The notes beneath the pieces were generated by a model. The model did no database searches, was not told where the DNA came from, and saw only the letters and a program-made list of their open reading frames with translations. Made by a program: the position numbers and the translations under genes. From the NCBI GenBank assembly GCA_021771025.1, contig JAETPW010000008.1:355-64354 (forward strand): DNA of 64,000 nt, read 5' to 3'. Source of the stretch: Clostridiaceae bacterium. GTDB taxonomy: Bacteria > Bacillota > Clostridia > TANB77 > CAG-508. Of this stretch, positions 18,125 through 27,237 are shown one piece after another (within the stretch, counting starts at the first letter, position 1; each line of letters starts with the position of its first letter).

Positions 18125-20203
18125 TTATTCTTCCTTTATAATGGCTTTACTTCCATAATAAGTGGCTAAGAAATACGCTCCATAGATCAGTACGATAAAT
18201 CCTGCCGTGATAGCAATGGAAGTAACCAAATCTTGCTTTCCAAACATGGCTAAAATGATACTACATACTTTGATCCCAAATATAGAGTGAACAACAGCTA
18301 AAGATAATGGAATTAGATAAAAAATTCCAATTTGCTTGAATAGTGCTTTGTTGATCATTTTTTCGTCGGCTCCTATTTTTCGTAAGATTTTGTATCTTTC
18401 TTTGTTGTCTGAACTTTCGGATAATTCTTTTAGGGCTAAAATGGCACTACTAGAGATTAAGAATACTATGCCTAAGTATAATCCAATAAAGGTTACGGTA
18501 GCTGCTAGCCCTTTACTTGCATCGTATATGGATGTTCTCGTATAAGCACTTAAATTGGAAAGTGTTATTTCATTTGCTGCTCCATTTCTATCTGATAGAT
18601 TAGCTATTTTTTGTTCTATTTTGGCTTTTTCTTGTGGTGTGGTTCCTTGATAATTGACATGTAGGTATTCTAGTGTTTTCCCTTCTTCTGGTAAGGCATC
18701 ATCTGGTAAAATGTAGGTTCCTGCTTCCATTGGTTGTGCAGATATAGAATAAAATGCGTTTTGACATTCTAACTTTTTAGGTACATAAGTTTTTCCATTT
18801 ATTTCAATGGTTAGCCCTTTTTGTAATGCTTCATTTCTTAAGTTTTTAATTTCGTCATAATTACAGATGACAACAAATTCGTTGTCTTTTAACGTTAATG
18901 GTTCATTTCCATAAAGTGGAGCAATTTTATTGTATTCTGATAGTTTCATGATCGGTTCTTTGCTAGTTAAGTCTACTGCAGAATAATCTTTTTTTATTTT
19001 TGCTTCTATTGGTTTAAACGAGTCAATTTGTTTTAATGTGTCTGTGGTATACACATAGGTAGTAATGGCTTCTGAGAAGTCTTGATTTACGTCTATTCCG
19101 GCTTGCTGCAGGCTATCTTTTATGCTTATTTTTGCGTTTTCGGCTTCTTGTTTACTATACGTTCCTGTATATGGCTTTTTTTCTCCTTCTGCTATGTTTA
19201 CTCTTTTATTGAAGGTCGCATCAATTGGGGTATATGTTTTTAGTTGGGTGGTTAATGTGTTGTTGATGGACATGGCTGAGGAAAATATACAGATGGTTAA
19301 AAATAGTAGTACACAAATCACGCTCATGGAAAATACAGTAGTATTAATTTTGCTGTCTATTTGCCTAAGGACAAACATATTTAGGTCTTTTTGATAGATT
19401 TTCTTTCTGGTTTGGATTATTTTTAACATAAACCCAGATAAAGAATAGAAAAAGAGAAATGTTCCTATACAGCCTAATCCAATGGCTAGAAAGATTGGTA
19501 GAATATCTGCTTGTGTTATCTTGGTAATGGCTAAATAATAGGCAGATCCTAAAATTCCTATTGATAGGATAAAGATGATGACCGAGATGATTGGGCTTTT
19601 GATTTTGATTTTTTCGTTTTTATTTTTGGCTGTGATTAGGTCGATTAGTTTGTATTTTGAGGTGGCAAATACATTAATCACCATAACACATAGATAGATG
19701 ATAGCAAAATAGACTAGTGTTTTGATTAAGGCATCTTGTGAAAAGATGAATTGGTAATTGCTCATGTCTGCTTCAAACATTTTGGATACTAGTATAGACA
19801 TGAGTTGTGAGGCAAATATTCCGATGACTAATCCTATAGCTAAAGAAAAGATTCCTACTAATAGTGTTTCTAATAAGAGAATTTTAGAAATTTTTCCTTT
19901 TCCCATTCCTAGTAACATATATAGTCCAAATTCTTTTTTTCTACGTTTGATTAAGAAATTATTCGCATACACAATTAAGAATCCTAGAACAAATGAAATG
20001 AATACAGATACTCCTCCTAAGACTTGTGTCATTAAGTCCATGATTTGTTGTTTTGACTCTGACATCTTCATCATGGCTTGTTGGCTATCCATACTGTTGA
20101 AGATGTAAAAGATAGCTACCCCTAGAACCAAAGTGAGAAAGTAGATCACGTAGTCCTTCATGTTTTTTTTCATGCTTTTGAAGGCTAGTTTAAATGACAT
20201 CAT
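18125..20203 (-). CDS. BceB-type (FtsX-domain) ABC transporter permease
   Basis: 692 aa. It has an N-terminal FtsX-like TM bundle, a large central extracytoplasmic domain and a second TM bundle. It overlaps the upstream ATPase gene. Confidence 0.8.
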   Translation of the reverse strand: MMSFKLAFKSMKKNMKDYVIYFLTLVLGVAIFYIFNSMDSQQAMMKMSESKQQIMDLMTQVLGGVSVFISFVLGFLIVYANNFLIKRRKKEFGLYMLLGMGKGKISKILLLETLLVGIFSLAIGLVIGIFASQLMSILVSKMFEADMSNYQFIFSQDALIKTLVYFAIIYLCVMVINVFATSKYKLIDLITAKNKNEKIKIKSPIISVIIFILSIGILGSAYYLAITKITQADILPIFLAIGLGCIGTFLFFYSLSGFMLKIIQTRKKIYQKDLNMFVLRQIDSKINTTVFSMSVICVLLFLTICIFSSAMSINNTLTTQLKTYTPIDATFNKRVNIAEGEKKPYTGTYSKQEAENAKISIKDSLQQAGIDVNQDFSEAITTYVYTTDTLKQIDSFKPIEAKIKKDYSAVDLTSKEPIMKLSEYNKIAPLYGNEPLTLKDNEFVVICNYDEIKNLRNEALQKGLTIEINGKTYVPKKLECQNAFYSISAQPMEAGTYILPDDALPEEGKTLEYLHVNYQGTTPQEKAKIEQKIANLSDRNGAANEITLSNLSAYTRTSIYDASKGLAATVTFIGLYLGIVFLISSSAILALKELSESSDNKERYKILRKIGADEKMINKALFKQIGIFYLIPLSLAVVHSIFGIKVCSIILAMFGKQDLVTSIAITAGFIVLIYGAYFLATYYGSKAIIKEE

Positions 20204-20957
20204 TTAACTCACCTCCCAGTAGAGTAACCACTTCTATGATTTTACTAAAGAATTCTTTTCTGGTGTTACTTCCTCGTTTTAGTTCATTGAAGATTTTTCC
20301 GTCTTTGATGAATAAAATTCGGCTGGCATAGCTTGCGGTAAAGGCATCATGGGTTACCATTAATATGGTAGCTCCTAAGGTTTTGTTTAAGTATTCAAAG
20401 TTTTCTAATAATTGTCTTGCTGATTTTGAATCTAAGGCTCCTGTTGGCTCGTCAGCCAATACTAATTTTGGATTGGTGATAATTGCTCTACTAGAGGCTA
20501 TACGTTGTTTTTGCCCTCCTGATATTTGGTAAGGGTATTTTTTGAGAATCTCTTTTATGCCTAATTTGTCAGCAATTTCCTCTACTCTTTTTTTGATTTC
20601 TTTGGGATTTACTTTTTGGATGGTTAAGGCTAATGCAATATTTTCGTAGCAGGTTAAAGTATCTAATAAATTAAAATCTTGGAAGATAAATCCTAATTCT
20701 TCTCTTCTGAATTGATTTAATTTGTTTCCTTTTAATTTGGTAATGTCTTGATTATTGATATAGATATTTCCCGCAGTTACTCTGTCTATGGTGGAAATAC
20801 AATTTAATAACGTTGTTTTTCCGCTTCCTGATGCTCCCATGATTCCCACAAATTCTCCACTTTCCACGGTGAAGGAAATGTTATCTATGGCTTTGGTAAT
20901 GTTTCCTTTGTTTCCATAGTATTTTTCAATTTGTTTCACTTCTAATATTTTTTCCAT
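20190..20957 (-). CDS. BceA-type ABC transporter ATP-binding protein
   Basis: It has Walker A (GASGSGKTT), the signature ISGGQKQR and Walker B (LADEPTGALD). The start is placed at MEKILEV after AGGAG. Confidence 0.88.
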   Translation of the reverse strand: MEKILEVKQIEKYYGNKGNITKAIDNISFTVESGEFVGIMGASGSGKTTLLNCISTIDRVTAGNIYINNQDITKLKGNKLNQFRREELGFIFQDFNLLDTLTCYENIALALTIQKVNPKEIKKRVEEIADKLGIKEILKKYPYQISGGQKQRIASSRAIITNPKLVLADEPTGALDSKSARQLLENFEYLNKTLGATILMVTHDAFTASYASRILFIKDGKIFNELKRGSNTRKEFFSKIIEVVTLLGGELNDVI

Positions 20958-21011
20958 GTTAAAAACTCCTTTTTTCTTTTTGGTTATCGATAAACCTTTA
21001 ACTTTATTTTT

Positions 21012-21076
21012 ATTATACACGGAGTTTTGTTTTAGTACAATTGATTTATCTTACTGATTTCTTACAGTTTTGTAAG
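21012..21076 (-). promoter_or_regulatory. Candidate Bce operon promoter with an upstream inverted-repeat box
   Basis: On the minus strand I read TTGTAC (21035-21040), a 17-nt spacer, then TATAAT (21012-21017). The palindrome CTTACA-N4-TGTAAG lies at 21061-21076, 20 nt upstream of the -35. It resembles the TNACA-N4-TGTAA boxes I recall for BceR-type regulators. Confidence 0.45.
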
Positions 21077-21088
21077 ATTGATCTTTTC

Positions 21089-21283
21089 CTATATCATGAT
21101 TTCATGGCTATTTTCTTTTAGCCATTGATCAATTTCTCGGTAGTTTGGGATAAATTTTTCTACTAGTTGGTAGAACTCTTTTTGGTGATTGGGATAAATC
21201 ATGTGGCAAAGTTCGTGTACGATGATGGCATCGATTTTATCTTTGGGTAGTACGATTAGTCGATTACTGAATGGCAGTTTTTA
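21089..21283 (-). pseudogene. Orphan 3' fragment of a DUF45/YgjP-like metallohydrolase gene
   Basis: 21090-21250 is 160/161 identical to 28159-28319, after which identity decays over ~33 nt. It encodes ...IDAIIVHELCHMIYPNHQKEFYQLVEKFIPNYREIDQWLKENSHEIMI* with no N-terminal part. Confidence 0.9.
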
Positions 21284-21426
21284 TCTTTGAGATATTACTT
21301 TTACGGTTTTATTTTTCCAATATTTTCCTATATATGCTTGACAAAAGAACGTAAAAGTATTAACATAATGTATATTATATGTATTTGCCACATATTTCAT
21401 AGTATGATAACACAAGGAGGTATAAC

Positions 21427-22689
21427 ATGAAAAAAATGTCTTACAAAGATAGTATTATAACAGCAAAACAATTTTCAGCAGTAGATATGAAAACCGGAAA
21501 AACAATATGGTTTTCACGTTCACGGTCTCCACAACATCTTTACCCTTTAACAGAGAAGGATTATTGTGAAGCAATTAAGTATGCAGTTCAACATGGAGTG
21601 GATCAAATTCCTATCCTTTCGGTGAGCGCAAAAGATTACCCTTATTGCGATTTCGATTGTAAGGATTGTTTGGCTTGCCCAAGCAGAAAATGGGCTATTA
21701 AAGATAATCATATCAAATATCCTATTATTCCTCTTAATAAATACAAAAAAATTTTAAAAGAAATTTCCGCTTACTCCACTAGACGTGGATTTAATTCTGT
21801 TAGATTTGAAGTTTGTGGAGAAGGAAATCCAGACTTATATAAGGATAGGATTAAAATGTTAGAATATGCCAATCAAAACTGTAATATGGGAATTGTTTAT
21901 GTGAGTACTGGCAGTCAAATATCTGATGATTTATTAGATTGTTTGGTAAATAATGTTGCCTTTATTAGAATTAGTTTTCCAGGAATTTCATCAGAAGCTT
22001 ACCAATTATATGCTAATCAAAAATCTCGAGAACATAATTTCACTTTTGATGATGCGATTCGTTTGTTAGATAAACTCTGCAATGCAAGAGCAAAATTTGG
22101 AAGAGAAGATTCTTTATTAATTGGTACCAGAACATGTATTAGACCACTAAATTCTGGTTACTACGATAAGTTCATTAGTACTATTGCTACAATTGGTGTA
22201 GATGTATTTCAAGGCGTAAAAGTTCTTATTCCCGATTTTGAAAGTGTTAAAGATGAGATTGTTTCTCAAGAAGTTATCGAAGAGCTGGTAGCCCTTAAAG
22301 AAACCTCTTATTCTTATGGACTTAAAGATTATCAAATTCCTAATGACTTGAATACTATTTATAATAATAGGGCGATGGTAGAAAGAGAAAAACCCACAAA
22401 ATGTTGGAGTTCTCTTATTTCTCCTCCATTATATGGTACGAATCTTATGTGCTGTGTACTTTGGGATAGAATTACAGATCTCAATTACCACTATGGCATA
22501 TTGGAGGGAAAAGAATATGAACTCGAAGAGTTAATGCATGGTGAAAGAGCAAAATTTATTATGGAGAATTGTCCTAAAAATTGTACAGAATGTTGTTCTT
22601 TCAAAGACAATAGTTTTATGGAAAGTTTGTGGCGCGTATTGAGAATTCATGAAGACTTGAATTCTGTGAAATTTATCACAAATTACTAA
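21427..22689 (+). CDS. Radical SAM enzyme with a C-terminal SPASM/twitch-like Cys motif
   Basis: The SD AAGGAGG is present. It has CX3CX2C (C74, C78, C81: CDFDCKDC), a GEGNP SAM-binding motif, C326-X10-G-X4-C342 and C382-X3-C-X2-CC. Confidence 0.8.
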   Translation: MKKMSYKDSIITAKQFSAVDMKTGKTIWFSRSRSPQHLYPLTEKDYCEAIKYAVQHGVDQIPILSVSAKDYPYCDFDCKDCLACPSRKWAIKDNHIKYPIIPLNKYKKILKEISAYSTRRGFNSVRFEVCGEGNPDLYKDRIKMLEYANQNCNMGIVYVSTGSQISDDLLDCLVNNVAFIRISFPGISSEAYQLYANQKSREHNFTFDDAIRLLDKLCNARAKFGREDSLLIGTRTCIRPLNSGYYDKFISTIATIGVDVFQGVKVLIPDFESVKDEIVSQEVIEELVALKETSYSYGLKDYQIPNDLNTIYNNRAMVEREKPTKCWSSLISPPLYGTNLMCCVLWDRITDLNYHYGILEGKEYELEELMHGERAKFIMENCPKNCTECCSFKDNSFMESLWRVLRIHEDLNSVKFITNY

Positions 22690-22709
22690 TCTAATCAATA
22701 CGTATAATC

Positions 22710-22736
22710 GAGTATGTTCTAGTATAGAACATACTC
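22710..22736. terminator. Bidirectional hairpin between the convergent radical SAM and HIT-like genes
   Basis: gagtatgttcta-gta-tagaacatactc is a 12-bp perfect stem. Confidence 0.6.
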
Positions 22737-22741
22737 TTCTC

Positions 22742-23221
22742 TTATTTAAAATTTTCTTTTATTATATCAATACAGTTTAATACTTCCTCTCTGTAATGAC
22801 TACTTACATTGAGAATGTTTTTAGCGTAGATCCCCATTTGGCTAAAATCAGAATGAAATTGATATGTCCATTCGTGCTTTGGTATAAAATTAATATGTAA
22901 ATATCCTGAACTTGATTCATCTTGATAAATCATTACTTTTTTAAATCCAGATTTATGCATTGATTCTAACAATCTACTTGATAAATCAATCAATTTGTTC
23001 CTTTCTGCTTCTGTTAAATCTGTTATTGTGTGGATAGGCTTATTTATTGCTAAAATCATATATCCTTTTATAGGAATTTCAGGATCTGTTGCTATATTAA
23101 AAAGTCCATCATCATATACATAACTCCCTGGAAAGTTTGTTATTTCATGGTTAGCAATAGCATAACTCAAATTCCCTTCAAATTCCATAAATTCCCCTAA
23201 CCAATTCAAAATTTTGTTCAT
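22742..23221 (-). CDS. HIT-superfamily-like protein with a degenerate histidine triad
   Basis: It has a HIT-like core (IPIKGYMILAINKPIHTITDLTEAE...), but the triad position reads YLHINFIPK, so one His is retained. It is a paralogue of the C-terminal half of 26397-27143. Confidence 0.55.
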   Translation of the reverse strand: MNKILNWLGEFMEFEGNLSYAIANHEITNFPGSYVYDDGLFNIATDPEIPIKGYMILAINKPIHTITDLTEAERNKLIDLSSRLLESMHKSGFKKVMIYQDESSSGYLHINFIPKHEWTYQFHSDFSQMGIYAKNILNVSSHYREEVLNCIDIIKENFK

Positions 23222-23764
23222 CTATTTAACTCCTTTTCTATTTTGTATAAAATCTTTTAAACAATTTAATTCAAACTCAAATTCATATCTTGTAAATGTG
23301 GTATTTTTTTTATTATTTTCCCCAATAGAATGTATAATATATTTGTTACAATTATTTAATATACCCCTATATATAGGATTTTGTATTGCAGATATATATA
23401 ATTCATCTACTAATAATTTGTATTCCTCGCTATCTCTTTCTATCTCTTTTCCTTGCCAATAAATTATTCCTTTTTCTTTCCAGTCATAATTTGTGGCAGC
23501 CTTTACATGAACTGCTTGTGTACCATAATATGAAAATATATAGTTCTGTACCTTTTTATCCTTAAATTTAATGCCTTGAAAAAAGTTTTCAATACTTCTC
23601 AACTTCTTTCTTCGGAACTTAAAATCATAAGGAAATAAATTCGATAACATTTGAGCAAAATCACCTTTATTTTTATACCCAACATCAACCCAATTTTCAG
23701 TTTCACTAATTCTATTACCGTTCACTATCCTGTAGTATTTCATTATTACAATATATACATCCAT
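23222..23764 (-). CDS. NADAR (YbiA/DUF1768)-like protein
   Basis: LSNLFPYDFKFRRKKLRSIENFFQGIKFKD ... DWKEKG resembles the NADAR signature (LSNF..F....SxEhxFQaxKF). The stop abuts the next start (TAGATG). Whether the start is M1 or M8 is uncertain. Confidence 0.45.
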   Translation of the reverse strand: MDVYIVIMKYYRIVNGNRISETENWVDVGYKNKGDFAQMLSNLFPYDFKFRRKKLRSIENFFQGIKFKDKKVQNYIFSYYGTQAVHVKAATNYDWKEKGIIYWQGKEIERDSEEYKLLVDELYISAIQNPIYRGILNNCNKYIIHSIGENNKKNTTFTRYEFEFELNCLKDFIQNRKGVK

Positions 23765-23841
23765 CCTTTTGAGTTAATTCTTTTTGTATGAATTTATAAT
23801 TAGTCTTAAACTCTAAAAAATCCTTCAATTCTCTTTTTATT

Positions 23842-25485
23842 TTATTCATCTCTACCTCTATCCTGAAATGGTATATCCCTAATTATTTCTTTAATCTGTT
23901 CTTTTAGTTTTATACATAAAAATGCTGAACTTTTTTTTATTTTTTCACCAGTCATATCATATAAATTGATACCTGAATCTTTTGAATATTTCTCTGCTAG
24001 TTGCAATAATACTTGAATGTCCTGAGTCTCAGCTTGTCTAAGTCCTTCTTGTTTCATCATTTTAACATAAGCATCTCCATTTTTTTCTTTTAAGGCATTA
24101 ATAGAATCCCTCATAATCCAATATCCCGGATCATCTAAAATTGTTAAAAAATCAACTGTTTTGACATCAAAAGTAGAATGATCCAGTTTTCCATGTTTTA
24201 CTTGATTATAGAAATCCCAATTATATTTAATTGCACCATATTTACAAGACCTACCCCTTTTTTCTAGTTCTTGCCTAAGAGTATTCATTGTATTGCAAGA
24301 AGCAACATTATCATCAATAAGTACAATCTCATTTTCTGTAGTATTCCATAAGTTATTGCTACACAAGTCTTCAAAATTTTTTTCATCAGAGATATTTCTT
24401 AATTTTTCATCTTTAGAATATAAGCTAAATAATATATTGGTATAATCAAAACCATACATACTTTTTAATATTGGTCCTACAAAAATTGAGCCTAGTCCTG
24501 GGGTTAGTATGTGTTTTTGTTTGCTAAATTTCAAGTTTGAACAGAATATATATAAAATTTGTTTATTATCCATTTCAATATGTCTTTCCAAAATTTTACT
24601 ATCACCTTCTGGCAAATCATATAATGGTTTTTGTAATGGTTCATTGTTAAATAATCTTACTAAATTTTCGCAATCTTCTTCAAAGCATTTTTGTGCAGCA
24701 ACAACATTATTTTCTTTCTTCTCTATCATTCTTTTTAGCTCTTCAAAATAGACTTTGCCAGATGCATTAGATAAGTATTCAAGTATTACAAAGTTTCTTT
24801 TTGAATCATCTTCAGTTAAAATTCTTCCTAAATTCTTTCTTTCACAAGCAAGCTCGGAATATGACTTTGCTTTATAATATGATGCATTTCTTGATAAATA
24901 CTTTCCATTGCTTAATGGCTCTACTAAATTTTCAACTCCAGTATTATCTTCTAAATCAATTAAACCATTTGAATCAAATTCATATAGATGAACTTTTTGA
25001 TTTTCTTTTATAATTTCCTCTGTTTTGTATAAAACATCTCTTCCCTCATCTTGATAAAAAACTGTATATTTACAATTTTTTTTATAATCTTTAATTATTA
25101 AATTCCCGTTTTCTATTTTATATGAAATATTTCTATCTTTAATTTTAGTATATATTACACCATCTCGAATTGAAATATTGTTATTTATAATGTCTTCTAA
25201 CGTTTGCCCTGTACTTAATAAGTATTTTTCAAATTTGCTAAACTGCTTTAAAAATTCATGATTATGAAGTGTATTTCTGTCTGCACCTTTACTTTTTAAA
25301 TATTTCAATAGTTTTACAGAATATTGTGGTTTTACAAAAATATTATTATTTTCAACAATTTTTTTCCATTTTTCATCATCATATTCTTGTGAGTCAGGAG
25401 CTAATGAAATAATATAATTTTTTTTATCAAATTTTATACATATACCTCTTTTTCTATCTTCTTTTTCTTTAAATATTTTTCTCAA
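23842..25485 (-). CDS. 547-aa protein with an unknown N-terminal region and a C-terminal phosphoribosyltransferase-like motif
   Basis: ILTPGLGSIFVGPIL ... NEIVLIDDNVASCNTMNTL resembles a PRPP-binding loop (hydrophobic run-DD-x-x-x-x-x-T). The start is TTG. I did not recognise the N-terminal ~320 aa. Confidence 0.4.
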   Translation of the reverse strand: MRKIFKEKEDRKRGICIKFDKKNYIISLAPDSQEYDDEKWKKIVENNNIFVKPQYSVKLLKYLKSKGADRNTLHNHEFLKQFSKFEKYLLSTGQTLEDIINNNISIRDGVIYTKIKDRNISYKIENGNLIIKDYKKNCKYTVFYQDEGRDVLYKTEEIIKENQKVHLYEFDSNGLIDLEDNTGVENLVEPLSNGKYLSRNASYYKAKSYSELACERKNLGRILTEDDSKRNFVILEYLSNASGKVYFEELKRMIEKKENNVVAAQKCFEEDCENLVRLFNNEPLQKPLYDLPEGDSKILERHIEMDNKQILYIFCSNLKFSKQKHILTPGLGSIFVGPILKSMYGFDYTNILFSLYSKDEKLRNISDEKNFEDLCSNNLWNTTENEIVLIDDNVASCNTMNTLRQELEKRGRSCKYGAIKYNWDFYNQVKHGKLDHSTFDVKTVDFLTILDDPGYWIMRDSINALKEKNGDAYVKMMKQEGLRQAETQDIQVLLQLAEKYSKDSGINLYDMTGEKIKKSSAFLCIKLKEQIKEIIRDIPFQDRGRDE

Positions 25486-25511
25486 ATCATTATTCTTTAA
25501 ATCTTTTTCAT

Positions 25512-26336
25512 CTACAAAAAAATTGTAAACACTAATTTTTTTTGTTCTTCTTTTGTAAATACACTTTGTATCACATTTTTAGTAAACATAAAAAGATCTA
25601 CAATTCCATTTATATTTTTTCTATTATTTAGGTATTTGCATATAAATTTTAATTTTAAATCAGTTCTTTGATTATCATTAATTCCTTCTCCATTATATCT
25701 TGTTCCTAACAGTTTAATTGCAGTTTTTTGATCTTTTTGTAATATTTCTTCAGTATTTTCTAATTTTATTTTTAGTAAATTCAAGAAATCATCTAGATAT
25801 ATACCATCACTCTTATAACCAATACTATCATCGATTTGTTCTAATTCTTTATCATTTATAAAACTAATATTTTTTACTTTTCCAGCATAAAGTTTATCAT
25901 AATACTTTTTTGAAGCAAAATTATTTGTTCTCAATCCTACTTGCATTTCTACTAAATCTGTTAACGGATCAACAATATATGAATTACCTTTTTTAGTTTT
26001 TATCATCAAATCAATATGTTTAAATTCATCATTAAAAGGTGATATTAACTCAGAATCTATATCAAAATTCTTTTTTAATAGTTCTTTAATTATATTGCAA
26101 TAACTTTTACAAACAATATTAAAGTCTTGTATATTACTTAAATCAATTTTCTTGTTATATATATCATTTCTAGCTTTTACATTCTCTTTATCTAGAAAAA
26201 ATGTATAATCTCGATAAAAGATCTTAGAAGTCTGTTTTATGACATATCTTACAATTGCCATTTCATGTATGTCTCCACTAAATTTTTGTATTTTATTCAT
26301 ATTTACATTTTCTTTGCAAAATTCAAATAAATTCAT
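25512..26336 (-). CDS. Hypothetical protein, possibly with a Cys-His-Asp (transglutaminase/papain-like) core
   Basis: 274 aa. NIVCKSYCNIIKELL ... FKHIDLMIKT ... NSYIVDPL fits a C...H...D spacing. This is a weak, motif-only call. Confidence 0.25.
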   Translation of the reverse strand: MNLFEFCKENVNMNKIQKFSGDIHEMAIVRYVIKQTSKIFYRDYTFFLDKENVKARNDIYNKKIDLSNIQDFNIVCKSYCNIIKELLKKNFDIDSELISPFNDEFKHIDLMIKTKKGNSYIVDPLTDLVEMQVGLRTNNFASKKYYDKLYAGKVKNISFINDKELEQIDDSIGYKSDGIYLDDFLNLLKIKLENTEEILQKDQKTAIKLLGTRYNGEGINDNQRTDLKLKFICKYLNNRKNINGIVDLFMFTKNVIQSVFTKEEQKKLVFTIFL

Positions 26337-26396
26337 GTTATCTATATCCTTTTTTATAAAGTCTAAGGGAGAATATAGTATCCTCCCTTTTTTTAG

Positions 26397-27143
26397 CTAA
26401 TTAGACTCAAAGAAACTTCTTACTTTTTCTGCAAATAATAGACATTCCTTTTTTTGTTTATCTGTCATATTTTTCTTTGCATACATTGTAATTTTCTTAA
26501 GATTTTTCCCTCTTCCAAATTGGAACATCCAATCATCAGAAGGAATAATCCATCTCCTATAGTGCTCTGAAAAACCATCTTCAAACAGAAGAATATTTTT
26601 GGCTCCTAAATATTCTAATGCTAGTTTTACTCTATTGGTAATATCTTCTATTTGAATTCTTTCACCTCGTGTAAGTTCGGTTGTAGTAGATATATGTTTT
26701 TTTATTCCTATAACAATAAATCCAATAATTGGAACTTCTGGGTCTATCGTTACATTAATAAAATTATCTTCATATAGATATCCACCAGGTAAATTTGTAA
26801 TTGTATGATTTCCTATGGCACAACTTTTACAGCCTTCAAAAACCATCTCTTCGTTTAAGAAGTTAGTAACAGCTACTTCTTCTCCTTTTTGATTTAAGTA
26901 GCATTTTTTTCCTTCCTTCTCAACAACTCCCAGTCTATTTTGGAAATCATCAGCTTTATCATATCTTATTTCGCATATTTGTTTTCCTTTTTGATTGATA
27001 TATCCCCATTTATTTTTTATCCTAACTGCTGCAACATTTTCGCAAAAATCCCGTACTTCATCATAGATAAAATCACAAATAGGTTCATCATTCTCATTTA
27101 CAAATGCCCATTTCCCTGATATTTCTTTTTTCCTGTATAACAT
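26397..27143 (-). CDS. WG-repeat domain fused to a degenerate HIT-like domain
   Basis: The N-terminus has KWAF/KWGYINQKG repeats (WG-containing repeat type). The C-terminus has CKSCAI plus a HIT-like core, but the triad position reads HYRRWIIPS. A strong SD (AAGGAGG) is present. Confidence 0.5.
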   Translation of the reverse strand: MLYRKKEISGKWAFVNENDEPICDFIYDEVRDFCENVAAVRIKNKWGYINQKGKQICEIRYDKADDFQNRLGVVEKEGKKCYLNQKGEEVAVTNFLNEEMVFEGCKSCAIGNHTITNLPGGYLYEDNFINVTIDPEVPIIGFIVIGIKKHISTTTELTRGERIQIEDITNRVKLALEYLGAKNILLFEDGFSEHYRRWIIPSDDWMFQFGRGKNLKKITMYAKKNMTDKQKKECLLFAEKVRSFFESN

Positions 27144-27237
27144 AGATTGACCTCCTTATGGTACTTTGAAAGATAAAATAAGAGTTAATTAGCTAAAAAT
27201 AGTAAAACTATGCACTTATTATACTACGTATATCGTT

